NCBI GenBank assembly: GCA_020137815.1
Contig: CM035359.1
Coordinates: 7,750,001-7,814,000, forward strand
Direction: 5' to 3'
DNA length: 64,000 nt
Source: Hormiphora californensis
Taxonomy: Eukaryota; Animalia; Ctenophora
The notes under the pieces are model-generated. The model ran no database searches, had not been told where the DNA came from, and worked only from the letters and a program-made list of their open reading frames with translations. Position numbers and translations under genes: made by a program. Positions 12,219 through 26,111 of this stretch are shown piece after piece; position 1 is the stretch's first letter, and each line of letters opens with the position of its first letter.

Positions 12219-12686
12219 ACTACTCCAACGAGATAGCCCCTGGCCCATCCCATCTCTGACTGCTGAGTCCTGGATGTCATTCTGAGCCAAGAGATGAATA
12301 CATGTCGCGAGAAGGACGTTTTCAAAATTCCAATTCGCTGTGTGTTAATTGTTGTTTTGTTTTAAAAATGAACCCAATTCGTTTCACCTTAGTACCGCGC
12401 GGAACTTGAAACATGTGCAAAGCACCCATTGTAAGCACTAGTTGTGCGCGGGATAATGTACCAAGAGTATTCTGATGTACAATTGTACATGTGTTGTTCC
12501 ATGTACATTGTACACGCGCCTCACTTCCCTGTCACCTTTGCTCACCCACCCATCCCTGGACACCACTGTCTGATGGCACCAGTACACCCAGATCGGGATC
12601 ATCACTCATCGGAAGAGTTCAATAATATACTTGAATTTAGGCAATTGTAAGAAATTGAAAACATCACACAATATGGATTGAAAACA

Positions 12687-15600
12687 CTATATCTTAGCCC
12701 GCTTAATAAAGTCCGCTATGGTTATCACAGCAAGTTGTAGAGCATGAGCCTTGACACGAAGATTGCCATCGTTTGTCAGGAACACGACTGTTCTAGTGTA
12801 GTGGACTGAATCTTTATCTGATGTTTGTGTACCTGAATTAGGTTAACTATGCGTTATCGAGTGATTGGTAGAGAGAGTCATGACACATAACGGAAGGACG
12901 GATACCTGTACTATCACTAAGACGATGAACACCAGACAGTATAATGTCATCATTACACCCCCGTGTCGCTCTAGCCTCTTTAAAGTCTGCCGTATCCATT
13001 AGATTACCCTGACAAAAAATGGGGCTATAAAAATATTAATTAGGGAAGGGGTCGATGATGGAATTTCATAGATTGTAGACAGGAAATGTAGAATCCACCG
13101 GCTCCAAGATATTATGTGGTTCTTACCATTGAAGTAAGGAGACTGACAGTCTTACTACTGATCATCTTTTCAACTACATCAAGTGCAATTCCAGCTTCTT
13201 CAGCCTTACTTTCACTCTTACAAAGTCCTCGAATCTCTTCAAGTACCATAAGGGGCACAGCCACCTTGAATCGATCACATTCAGTCAACTTTTTAATCTG
13301 AAAACGTCATAGAATTAGTTGTGGGCTAGTTGTCGCTGGTCATACGGGATAATGATCATTTGTTAGTTACGGTGTTGTAATTCAAGTCCACACACTGATA
13401 GACATAACAAGTTGTCTCACAACTATTTTAACAGTTAACATGATATACTACATTGACATACCTTGTTGAGTTTATCAAGGAAGCAGTTGGTATCAGGAAC
13501 TATGATACGTGGTTTAACTGTTATGAGAATTCGTTTACCCTGTATCTCTTTAACTGCTGCACTTATCTTGTCTTGTTTCTCCTGATAGGGGTATAATAGT
13601 GAGACAATCTCTTTTTTTTCGTATTGAAAGGGCTGCCCAAATCGTAAAATCTAGAGATACTGCAAAAAGAAGACGTTTATTAAATTCAAAACTCAACATA
13701 TAAAAGTCGTGTCCTAAAAGTTACCAAGTGAGTCTTGCGCGCGATGGTATCCTCTGAAGGCGCGAATACAAGACCAGTTATCGGTCGTTGCGCGCTCCAG
13801 ACATGCGAAGGGGCATCGGTGGGACAAGAACCAAGGTCCGGGATACTTTGTTGTTCAACATGTTTCACTAAGATCACACAAGAGAACTATTGAAGCATGA
13901 TGTACTGTTGCTAATAAAAGTACCTGTCTCTGCTCCAGTGTTTCACGTAGTTTATCCCTCTGCTTCCTCAGCCCCATCATCTCTTCATCTTCCTCTCTCT
14001 CTTCCTCTCTCTCTTCCTCTTCTTTAATCGTTAGCCGCTCCATGATCTCTACATCAGGGCTCTCTTCCCCAGAATCAACAGCATCTGAAGAGTCCACAAT
14101 ATATTGTGGATTGTCCACAGGAGAAACAGGCATGTCTGAGGTTGTGGAAAGATCATCCACTGTTGTAGTGGATGATCTTTCCACAGTGTTGATATCTTTT
14201 GTAGCATCTACTGCACTTTCTTTTGGATCTTCAACTGGTTTTGTATCGGCTGTTACAGTTTCTTGCTTTGCAACTGTTGTGAAGCCAGTCTCAGAGGAAT
14301 AGGAGATGAAGGGTAGTGTCCGGGACAGGGATTCAAACGAACTGACGATGATTACTGAAAGATATATTTAGATTAGCAATAGTCTGATTTCCTTTGATCA
14401 ATTGATACACATTTGTATTGTATTTGTAAGTTTTTTTTCTTCTTTCCCAGGACTATATCTTCTTATCTCTACCTCCGCTCGTTAAATGCTTACCTGCTCG
14501 TCCCAAATCTTCACTCTGTTCCCGGGTCAGATTGGTGAGGTAGAAAGGTCTGGTGATGGTCTGAAGAGATGAGAGAACCTCAATGCCTCTTAGCATTGTG
14601 ATTTCCTTCAGAATAACCATCTCCTCGGTGAAGTCTGTGTACTGAAGGAGTAAGAGTTAGCGGACCTACTGTCTGTGTACTGAAGGAGTAAGAGTTAGCG
14701 GACCTACTGTCTGTGTACTGAAGGAGTAAGAGTTAGCGGACCTACTGTCTGTGTACTGAAGGAGTAAGAGTTAGCGGACCTACGTCCTACTGCCATGATT
14801 GTTTTAGCCTAAGTAATTATTACTATTAATTAACTATGCTTTATTGGAAAGAGGTTTTGAGGGACAACCAAACAAGAGACAGTAGCATTCTTCAACTAGT
14901 GCCATGTTACCCCCTTTGGTCCTACTACTGTTACTTGGATCAGTGACCTCAATTGCTATCATGGAGAATCTTATGTGTATCATGAACCTACATGGTACTG
15001 GACAATTCATAGGTGAGAGCAATTATACCCATACTAGGGGGTATGCATAAACCCGGATAGCCCGGATAGTCCGGATAATAGGAATTTTCAGGGAAGTTAT
15101 TCCAGCATATACGATCTGGAATACTCCGGTAATCATACCCAGATAACTCGTATAGATTTGGTAATCATACCCAGATAACTCGTATAGATTTGGTAATCAT
15201 ACCCAGATAACTCGTATAGATTTGGTAATCATACCCAGATAACTCGTATAGATTTGGTAATTATACCCAGATACCCTGGAGTGTTCTCTAGGCTATCCTG
15301 AAAATTTCCAATTATCCGGATCCAATTATCCGGACTATCCGGGTTTATGCATACCCCCTATTATCTGAACTATCACTCTCCCAGACAAGTCCGGTTCTAT
15401 AACTGCAATCTTGTTCAACCAATCCATACTATTCCAATTCTAGGTACAGTAAGGATTGTTCGAGAAACGAGTATCTTTCGGGTTTCTACATTTGACATAT
15501 CCCTGAAGTATGGTGGTATTGCTGATGGGAAACATGGATTTCATATACATGGGGGAAAAGTGACATCCGATTGTAAGTTAATCGGAAACCCTGCCATAAA

Positions 15601-18600
15601 TTAGCTGCTGTGTTTGGTTTCGAAATACCGATTTTGAGCCAGCTTCATTATGTTTGTTATTTCACCACACAGTTGATTGTGGAAGTACTGGAGGTCACTA
15701 CAACCCTAATGGAAAGCCACACGGACTTATAAACTACCAATCGGGTCAGGATGGAAACTTTCACGTTGGAGATTTAGGAAATGTTCATGCTTCACATGGT
15801 ATGTCTTGCTATGTTCTAACCATCCCTTACAATACTGGGGCACAGTGAAGGAGATTAAGGATTAGATTTAGGGGGATTTTTCCGTGTTCAAAAAGTTTTG
15901 ACGAGAACACTAACATAATCATCATAATGGTATTCATTTTAATAATGGTATTCATTTTAACACCCCATCTTACTACAGGGGAGATATCAGAGCGGCGTGT
16001 CTATGCATTCTACAGAGACGGAAGGGTCTCCTTTGCAGGGAGGTCCCTAGTTCTTCACGCTCTCCCAGATGATCTTGGCAAGGGAGGAGACGAGGGGAGC
16101 GTGAAGACGGGCAATGCTGGTAGCAGATTGGCTTGCTGCACTCTTTTTAAAGTTGAGTAAATAGAGGACAATGAATGTAGAATAACAGTTTGGATAAAAT
16201 TACAGTTGAATTTAAGATATAAATTGTCTACCTTTTTGTAGCGTTGAATGGCGTCTCTCAAGAAATTCAACCACTCACACAACCTCTCTATAAAATTCTC
16301 GGAAAACTGGCCAAGTAAATCCATCGTCTCAGACTGTGGAAAGCAAAATGTTTTCGAAGTACTCAAACAAAAGTTGATTCTTCGTTTCAGCTAAATTAGT
16401 TGATACATAAGACGGTAAAAAATTAGACAGCAAATTGGTATACCAATTATAGGTACCTGAGCCTGTGTAAGTAACATGACAAGAGAGAACTGGGAATGTA
16501 GCTCACACAGCCATTCATCACCACAATTATCTGAACTCTGATCCTCCCCCTCTTTCCCTTCTGAATTCCTCCTCCCTGTTGGTCTCCAGGTCACGGCAGG
16601 AAGTAGGAACTCCTCTAGAAGGAGGGCACACTTGGTAGAGTGGGGACTGGATGAGATGGAGTAGAGGAAGACAATAAAGAGTTGTTGGTAGAGTTCATCT
16701 GCTGCAACTGAGGGGGGAGTGTTTAGAGGAAATAGAGAAAATAGGATGATTTCTGATTTTGTAGATCTGTTTATCATAGACAAGGGGCTACCGAAGCGAC
16801 TTTTCAAACTAAGTATTGAAGTTAAGAAAGGGGTAGAACATAGGTGAATAATAAAGTTGTCCACTTACAGTTGCTCTTGTTAATGTAGTGATTATAAAAC
16901 TTTCTGAAGCTCTGCACTTCACTCTCCACCCTATCCACGTCAATGCTGGTAAGCAGTCCTCCCAGAGCTGACACCAGGTAAACAACAAACCTGGAAGTAG
17001 TAATGTCAGACCATATATGGGCATATCACGTGATCTATGACGTCATAAGTCCTCCCAGAGCTGACACCAGGTAAACAACAAACCTGGATGAAAATTATAA
17101 TACGATGTGAAGATGGCCATCTTAGTCTGGAATCTTATTTCTAATTTGCTTTTCCTTGCAATTTTTTATTGGATCGAACTATTTTGGGTGGGAAACATTT
17201 ATAATAAACTTGTTTTCAAATATCGTCACACACACCCAGGGATCCCACACAGCGAAAGCTGCAGCTAAGGGACCCCTTACAGATTTCAAACCTAAAAATA
17301 ATAAAAGGTAATCGTCTCGTCTAGGAAAAACCAATAGAGAGGGGTATGGTTTAGGTCTGGGGGAGACGGGCGCAACCACAGCTAGTTGACTGCACACTTG
17401 GACTTGTGAAGAAATAGTGAAATAGTGAAGTAGTGAGGATGATAGAAGGTGAAAAATGAAGATGTAGGCAAACAAGAAAGCAGTGAACTCTAGAGTAACA
17501 TCTCAGGTAGAATAGCTTTGAAAAGGTATTCTTTAACAGAGCGATTGAAAGCAGATAGCGAGGTAGCTTGTCTAACTTCATAGGGTAGCTTGTTCCAAAG
17601 GATTGTAGTCCTATAGAAAAAGCCACCGCTAAGAACGTTATGTGACCTAGCCCCGGAACTAAATACTAAAGTGGTCACATCCCTTCTTTCAATAATGTCC
17701 ATGTTCTGTCTAGTGGGACGAAGACTGTCAGGGTCCACAGGAGAGATAGATTCTGGGAAACTAATATCAACCATGTCAAACATAATCTTGTAAAAAAGTC
17801 TAAGGTCATAAAACTGAAAAAGGTGTTTGAACGGTAGTAGATTAAGACTAAGGAGATGCTCCACATACTGGTCATTGGTATAAGATGCGAGTGGCTCGTT
17901 TCTTATCCATTTGACAGCACGTTTCTGCAGTTTCTCAAGAGACTTAAAACTGCCAACATTAAGATTAGACCAAACTTGGTTACAGTGCTCGACTAAAGAT
18001 CTCACCATGGAAAGATAGAGGGTTCTCTTGTGACAGCTCCGCTTCAGGAAGAAGCAGGAGCGTCGCAGGAGGTTGAACTTGAATACCATGGTGTTAAGGA
18101 TAGACTCACAGTGGTAGTTAAAATTGAGATTTTCACAGATAACAACTCCCAAATCACGCTGACTGGAAACATAGTTTAACTCATCTTCTCCCAAAGAATA
18201 GATAAAATTGAAAAACGGTAAGTTAGTAAACATGTTAGACCGATACAGACTAGGGTTGGCCACACTCAAGACATGACACTTAGCAGGGTGGAAATGCATC
18301 AAATTACGGACAGACCAATTGTAAAGGTTGTCGACAGTTTGTTGCAGCAAGATATGGTCGGTCATATATACTATTCTTCTCCACACTTTGGTATCGTCAG
18401 CATACAGAGAAATACATGTATCATTGGTGACTTCAAGGAAAATATCATTGATAAAGATAACAAACAATATAGGCCCAAGGATCGACCCCTGGGGTACCCC
18501 TGATAAAACTGGCAAAACATCTGAACTCTCACCATCTAAAACAACCTTCTGAGATCTATTGCTTAAATAACTCTTGATAAAACTCAGTAGCTGCCCGTCA

Positions 18601-21600
18601 ATACCAAATTGGTATTTGAGCTTGTGCAAAATAAGATCATGATTACAAGAATCAAATGCACGTGAAAAATCGAAGTACACAATGTCTACCCTTTCCTTCT
18701 CATCAAAAGCCTCTACTAAACTGTGTGTAAACGGGATGAGTTGAGTTGTGCATGACTTACCACTCAGAAAACCGTGTTGACGTGAATCAAGTTGAGGGGA
18801 ACAAATATCTAGGATTCTAGGCTTAACCAATCTTTCCAGAGTCTTTGAAACGAGAGACAGAAGCGAGATAGGTCTGTAATTGGCCACCTCCCTACGATCT
18901 CCCTTCTTAAAAACTGGTACAATGGAAGCTAGTTTCCAGTCGTCTGCTATAACACCACTTCTCATAGAGAGGTTAAAAAGAAGCCACAGAGGGTATGACA
19001 GAGATCCGGCACAATGTTTGAGAACCCTGCCAGATATCCCGTCACCCCCACAGGCCTTAGAACTATCTGTCGATGCTAAGGTAACAAACACCTCATTGAG
19101 GGAGAAAAATATATCTTGCTCTGACACACTATTATCAATGCTTATACCATAATGACTGGGAGAGGTGAATTGTGAGGCAAAGTGACGATTGAACAGATTT
19201 GCTTTCTCGCTCGACTCAGATCTGAAAACACCGTTGCTACACACAGACTCCGGGATACGAAGAGATTTGCTGGACAACTTAATATGGGTCCAGAACCTCT
19301 TCGTAATACCTGAGTCGTCAACATTAAAATGATTATTCAACTTAGCTGAGATGACTGTCTTGAGAGCCTTCCTAGCTAGATAATAGGCTGCTTTGGATTC
19401 AGGGGAGGGTCGACTCTTAAAACGAGATCTAAGAGTCTCCTTCCTGTTCCTGGCTCTCAAGACATCTCTATCACTATGCCAAGAGGGGGTAAAGGGGTCT
19501 TTAACCCGTTTCTTGGGAATATACACATCACAAAGCTCGACAATCACACTCTTCACTCTCTTCCAAGAGTCATTAACATTATCGTCAATAATTAGATCCC
19601 AATTCACTCTTGCAAAAGCAACATTCAGACTAAGAAAATTAAAATTTCTAAAATCATACCGGTATCTGGGTGATCTGCTACTCCGATAAAATTTAAGGTT
19701 AATTCTAAACTTCAATCCAAAGTGATCTGAGCAGCAGACCTGGTTCAAATCACACACAGACAACTGCTTAACAAGCTCTGGACAATTCGTAAAGAGTAGA
19801 TCTAACGTGTTACTCGAAATATGCGTAGAAGAACTCACTAACTGTGAGTGACCAAGTTCACCACACAAGAAATCAATAAAATCTCTCTCAAGTGCATTCC
19901 CAGAGGTGCCCTCAGGCCAATTTACAGACGGGAAATTAAAATCTCCAACAAGTACATGTCTCTTAAAACTTCTATTCCTCGAAAGATTCTGCATGTAATT
20001 CTTAAAATTAGAAAGGTTATCATAAGAGAGTGTACTCACTCTATAAAACGTGCTTATACAAAGACTAATGTTATGGCAATTAATAACAACACTCAAAACT
20101 TCAGCCTGGGTACTAAACTTTTCAAATTTATAACTGGAGATGGCCAGGTTATCCCTGTGAGCTATCAGCACACCCCCTCCATTCGCCCTGAACTTCTTGG
20201 GTTGTAGGGGATCAAAGGGGTGTGTCGCAGCACAGCGATCTAACCGGAACACCTTGTACCCGTGGGGAAAGATTTCAGATGATTGAATATTGCCTTTCAA
20301 CCACGTTTCATTAAGAATGACGATATCTGGAGAATTACTGTAAATATAGTCCTGAAATTCAAGTACCTTGCTCACACACAGATCAGGGGACAGTTGTCCG
20401 AGATTTGCAGTATGAACAAATCCCCGTACATTATTGAACAGAACGTCAAGTGAACGGGGACCAGGGTTCGATATATATAGTCAATAACTCATTTTCAAAT
20501 AGGGTAAACCGGGGCAAAATGGTTAACTTTTTACTTAATCGGTTCTCACTCACATTTAAAAAAAGATACAATGAAAAAAATTATATAGGATTAAAGTTCA
20601 TTATTTTATCTTTCAAATAAGATAAATTTCAACTCTAGGGACCATCATTTACTTAACTAAATAACTAATTTAAAAATTTTGGTCGGAAAAAATGGTACCG
20701 GGGCAATTCGGACAACACCAATAGAAGTGCTTTATTTCGTCACGTGGGAGTCACGTGAACGTCCTCACAACACCAGAAGAAGATTCCCGCCTGGTGTTGT
20801 TAGAGGTGGGGGCAATTCGAACAATGTAATCTACACGCAATCTACACGCTGGTCGTTCTTGCTCGAATTGCCCCGGTATCACGCGTGATCACGTGGTACA
20901 AAGAATTGCACATCATTGGCCCGGATGTTAACCAAATTGCCCCTGTTCGAATTGCCCCGGTTGTTCTAATTGCCCCGGTAATCTTAATTTACCAGAATTT
21001 GGAATGAAAACATGCGAATATTTAAATAATTTTTATACCATCTGAAAGCTGATATTATTAGCTTTCAGCTGGTTTTTTCAAATCGGAAATTGACCAACTT
21101 AAACCGGATCTAGAGCCTATTTAGTGGTAACGGGCAGGCTCGAACGAGCAGTTTTCTTCTGGAGATAGGATGACGTCATTATGATAGCTTAACTAGGTGA
21201 GAGACGGGCAGTACATTGTTCGAATTGCCCCGGTTTACCCTAAGGTACATTTACCTTTTCTTTAGATCATTCTTCGGTATTTTCACAGACGGGTCAGCAC
21301 TCTCACTTCCAAATTGCCACTCGATTGTCTTCCGTGGGTTTACTACCTCACTAACATCTAAAGGAGACATCTTTTATTCATCTACTCGAAGTGAACCAGG
21401 GAGTAATGGGGGGGTAGTAAATTACCTGACGCAGCACGTTTGTTCCTGGCTTTATCATGCCTAGCAAGAAGAACTGATTTCCTACGTAGCTCAACCAGGG
21501 TATTCATCAGCATCTCTCTAAAAGTATTCAATAGGTCGGGGGAGTGTTGTTCTGTTCAGAATCTCACAGGGATGTAGCCATAATATGACATTGCAGGAAA

Positions 21601-24600
21601 GTGGATCAATACCTTGATTGTGGGAAAGGATTCCGGACTAACAGAGAGAGACAGAAGTAGTAAACCGCGTGTAGTCTTCTGTGGGCGTATTTACCCAATA
21701 GCGCCAACTGAAGGAGACGCTTTTTAGTTTTTACTAAAATTCCGTTTTCTACTATACAGTTGTAAAACTAATACAACTACACTCTTACCTGGTGATAAGG
21801 GCGTGGGTTCCTTGGTGCGAGGGTTTGTGCCATAAGGTAGTAAGTTCTGGCCTGACCCCACTCATCAACTTCCCTTGCCTGGGCCAGGTACCTGGTTCAA
21901 AATTAGGATAACGGTGAGATTCTCAGAAAAGTGTTTCAAAAAACTGAATATTGGCCATTTCGGCATAAATTATACTAATTCTAAAGGAAATCCTCTCACC
22001 TGAACAGATCTCCGACCCAGAGGAAGATCTTGTGAAGGAGCAGGAGGGCTAGCACCTGTGATCTAGAGTGTCCGGCAGTGGGGTGTTTATAGTTCACATT
22101 GTACCTAAACAATTACAGTAAGGTTTTCTAAGCTCAGTTAATAAGACTGCCAGTTGAAAATTACCAAATTTCCAAAGGCATATCAAACTAACCGTTTTTG
22201 AATTTGTCGTACGAGCATGTTATAAAAGCTAACAGCTTCACCAAGGTGTTCTTCCAACTGTTGTGTTAACTTCGCCTTGACACTGTCTGAAAGTTGGGAT
22301 ATCAATAATAAATTGCAAACCAATACAAACTATCAAATCAACAATACATATATTACAGGAACGAGAATACTACGAACCCATTGAAGCTTTTCCAGCTGCG
22401 CTTCTGTAGTGCTTGAATTAGCTGATAGAAGACATCTTTCCAAAGTAGTGCCTCAGCTTGTTGCTCGTTACATGATTCGAGATCAAACATCATAGCACAG
22501 GATACTACACTTGCTAACTCTTGTCTGGGAGTAAGAGGGGGTAAACTATACACCCCTCACCAGAGCGGGTGTGTCAAGTGGAAACACAATCGATCGAATT
22601 GTTGGTTGCTATGGTAACTGAAGGCGGAGATTACCTGAGGTGTATTATCTCCGTATAATGTTCATCAAAAGATCCATATAAGACAAACAGGGAGTTTCTC
22701 TTTCTAACTCCCTCAGATAGGAACTTGCTGCAGGATTCCTTGCAGAATGTTGAGGTTACTGTACTTTGTGTTGCTTCGACACTGCATTTCTCTACCTTCT
22801 TTTCAATACCCGGCACGTTGAGGACTGCGGGTGGAAATTTCAGGGTATTTATACTAAGTTTCTACCGACTTTAAGTTCATGACAAGATTTGTGAGGACTG
22901 GTATGATGATGAGAGAGAGAGAAGCGTACCAAGAGATGTAGATAGTTGGGATGTAACTGCTGCAGAGTTAGTGTATTCCTCACTGAACACACCATCACTA
23001 TCACTACCACTGTCACTATATACAAAATCACCCGGGCCATCCTGTTAATAAAAGGTGCTACGCGTTCTAAACCTCATACGACAAAAATATTTTGGACTTT
23101 TCTAAATTATTGTTCATCTGGTATACTCATTAGAACGGTCGACCTGTCTGGAGAGTACTGAATCTATACCTTGTCTTTCTTAACAACTCCAATTGGTTTA
23201 TGAGATTCACCCCGGCCCTCCACCTTGCCAGGCAGCTTGATCACCCCTCCTCCCCGGGCTGTCTTGGATACCTTGCTGGGTAGTGTATCTGGTACCCTAC
23301 TCTTCCCCCAGTTCCCCGGGTCCCACAGAGCGGGCTGACGTTCCTCCTGTTCAGAGCAGTTTACTGTTACATTTGGTTTAGTCTGCAACAACTTACAGGG
23401 TGTCGGTTAAAACGTGGCCATAAATAATATGCTAGATCTAACTAATTAAAAATAGATGTTTGTTCAAAACTTACATAAGTTTGAACGTTTCGCATCTTCT
23501 TTCTTTCTCGCTGCGACTTTTTACCCCGTTTATTCTTCTCTGGCTTCACAGCAACATCCTGCTCTTCTGGTGGGTCATGATCCTGCTGCTCAACCTCAAC
23601 AACCTTTATCCTGTCCTGTCTTTTGACTGGTTTATCATGGATATCTCTTGAATTATCTTTCCTGAAAGATCGGTTATAAACTATTAAAGATAAACCTTAT
23701 GACCTACCATGTGGGGCAATAAAAATGCCCCCCCCCCCCCCCCCAAAGTCTACCATAGTTCCAGATATCGTGGAGCGCTAAAATTTGGTGTAGTAACTCA
23801 ATGAGACAAATCAATAACTTGACCGAAATTTCAGACCTCTAGCTTAAAGTCCTTTTTTTTTTATCGGAATGAACATTGTCATTCATTCCAGAAAAAATAT
23901 TTTCCGGTCATCATCCCTCATTAGCAGCCGTGATATGTGATTATCTACCACTTAGACCGATTCGCAATACTGAACACTCAACGATTTGGTGAAGATCACA
24001 TGACCTGAATAACCTTTAGAAACATGGCTACAGTGTCTCTTATGGTTTTATCGGGATTTTGGTCGCATTGGAAAGTTAATTGATAGCCAAACATAAATGG
24101 TTAAATTTTGGACAAGAAAATATTTTTTCTGGAATGAATGACAATGTTCATTCCGATCAAAACAAGAATAACTGCATTATGTTTCATAATGGTATGTTTC
24201 CCCGCCAACCTCTATTTTCATAATTCCATGACCATCTAACGCATCTAACGTCACTATGTCCGACGTCCGTTACAGATTTCTAAACCCCTATGCTTTTTTG
24301 CAAAAGGCATACGGGTAAAGGCCTTCGGCCTTTACTCGAGCGGGGGAAAAATGAATATTGAGCTAGAGGTCTGAAGTTTTGGTCACGTTATTTACTCATT
24401 TGTCTCATTGAGTTACTGTACCAAATTTTAGCACTACTATACGCGATATCTGGAATTATGGTAGACTTGGGGGATAGGATTTTTTTGCCCCACACGGTAC
24501 ATACCACACACATAACATTCATAAACTAAGGAATTTGGAAAATAGGAAGAGACTAATTGTCAAATGGCCAATTTTAATTGTGAATAGAAAACCTGGTTTG

Positions 24601-24884
24601 TTTGCCTGCTCGTTTCTGATTCAGCCATAACTGAAAATCATCATCACTTTCACTCTCACTTCTACCATCCTTCCTCCAGGCCCAGTACTCTGCATCTTTG
24701 TCCCCTCCTCCCTGAATGAATAATTATCTGGTATTGTTTAAACTTCTGTTGATAGAAATCAATGAATTTCGTAAGAGGAAGCGAAGGCAGTTACAGTGAT
24801 AGGGTGTTTGGTACTTACAAGAAGCTCTTCAGATATTTTCTTGAGTTTTTCATAAGATACATGAAAATTAGGAGGGTCGCTCAT
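12687..24884 (-). CDS. SMG6: SMG6/EST1A NMD endonuclease, multi-exon (5'-most exons less certain)
   Basis: Est1/TPR region [39 protein letters not shown] (about 22100-21615) and DLKKR|FVV. PIN domain with acidic catalytic motifs [10 protein letters not shown] (about 13500), NDDIIL (about 12950) and [14 protein letters not shown] (last exon, stop 12687-12689). Confidence 0.9.
14633..14783 (-). repeat. 4 x 38-bp tandem copies of an SMG6 3' splice site
   Basis: Minus-strand unit agtaggtccgCTAACtcttactccttCAG|tacacagac; the productive exon ([11 protein letters not shown]...) starts at 14641. Confidence 0.92.
14904..16160 (+). CDS. Secreted Cu/Zn superoxide dismutase, nested antisense in an SMG6 intron (exons 14904-15012, 15444-15572, 15673-15798, 15979-16160)
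   Basis: Signal-peptide-like [16 protein letters not shown]; metal-ligand motifs [27 protein letters not shown] and GNAGSRLAC all present; junctions in phase. Confidence 0.93.
15037..15358. mobile_element. TA-flanked MITE with an internal 33-bp tandem repeat, in SOD intron 1
   Basis: TIRs gggggtatgcataaacccggatag / ctatccgggtttatgcataccccc; internal (ggtaatcatacccagataactcgtatagattt-like) repeat, about 4 copies. Confidence 0.85.
17210..20474 (-). mobile_element. CR1/L2-group LINE with intact ORF2 (APE endonuclease + RT), lacking ORF1; inside an SMG6 intron
   Basis: 961-aa ORF 17490-20375 with ETWL, GDFN, LDL, SDH (APE) and [29 protein letters not shown] (RT); the frame stays open upstream to SNPGP at about 20470. 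Confidence 0.95.
20502..21240. mobile_element. TA-flanked MITE (family 2)
   Basis: TIRs gggtaaaccggggcaa / ttgccccggtttaccc with repeated internal ggggcaattcg motifs; inverted partial copy at 37160-37642. Confidence 0.88.
23707..24497. mobile_element. TA-flanked composite MITE in an SMG6 intron
   Basis: Long imperfect TIRs ccatgtggggca...aagtctaccatagttccagatatcg / cgatatctggaattatggtagactt...tgccccacacgg, plus an inner inverted repeat (23865-23905 vs 24118-24157). Confidence 0.75.
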
Positions 24885-25853
24885 TCACAGTTCACAACCC
24901 TATTGTAAATTATGAAATATTTATTGCCAATGAGGTACTATAGGGTAAACTGGGGCTATTCGGTTCACGGTTGTCATACACTGACTGTACATCACGCAAC
25001 CTCGATGCACAGTCATACCCCAAACCATGCTTTATCACACGCAAAGATGAAACGAGGCGCGTTAAACACAGTTTGAACTCTTCAGAGGGCTCGTGCGACT
25101 TTCCCACGGTCCGTGGGAAAAGCGAGAGACGCGTTCAGACTATAGAGAGAGAAAGTTGGCGCGCATTAGCATTTGCTGTGTGTGGCGCATTTCAGATTCA
25201 AGTAGACCTTTTGGGGTGAGACCCTCCTCGCTATGCGGCCTCGCGTAGCCGCACCGGGTCTTCGGCCCGGTGCGAAGAGGAGGGTCTTATATTAGACAAG
25301 TTCACGGAGCAAAGCGGCCATGGGGTGTCACGTGACTTTTTTCTTTAGCGGAGACCTACTCGTTCTGTTCCGAATTTGGGCTTAGGCTTTTCACAGGGCC
25401 CACGACACCGGCCCCCCTCCCTGGGATTTACCAAAATTGAAAATTTTGTCGATATATTTTGTAGAGAATGTGAGTGCCAATATTTTTACTCTCAAGTTGG
25501 ACTTATAAATGCCTAAAATGCATGAAAGCTTGTTCAAATTCTCAATTTTCGCCGTTACGATCTGGGTGTTTCGTGGCCTGTTTACAGGTGCACACTTCCA
25601 AAAAATTGTTTCACTAAAATGGCTCTAACCGCCAAACCACTCAACTGTTTTGGCTAATATATATATCCTACAAGGCTGAGAGGCTTAGAGCTTCAGCAGT
25701 TACCTAAAGCAAGGCACCCAGATTATAATCGCGCCCTAAACAGGCCTCAAGGCACCCTGATTGTAATTGCGCTCTTTTAACTGGCCAGATTCGGTAGCAA
25801 AAAAAACCTGTCTCGACCACCAAAATTGTTAGCAATGGAACTTGGAAGGCACC

Positions 25854-26096
25854 GGCCAGCGTTAAAATCTGGGTGTTTTGGGAGTGCTGAAAAACGGTTT
25901 TTTAGGGTTAGGGCTAAAGTAGGGTTAGGGTTAGGGTTGGGGTTTGTGTTAGGCCTTGACATTCCCTACCAGATAAACTTTGAATCAGCCAAAAAGGTTG
26001 AGTGGTTTGGCGGTTAGAGCCATTTTAGTGAATCAACTTTTTTGGCAGCACGCACCTGTAAACAGGCCTCCAAACACCCAGATCGTAACGGCGCCC
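25854..26096 (+). mobile_element. Telomere-repeat MITE type B with 9-bp TSD (Mutator-like)
   Basis: Flanked by GAAGGCACC (25845-25853 and 26097-26105); imperfect TIR ggccagcgttaaaatctgggtgttt / aaacacccagatcgtaacggcgccc. Confidence 0.85.
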
Positions 26097-26111
26097 GAAG
26101 GCACCCAGATT

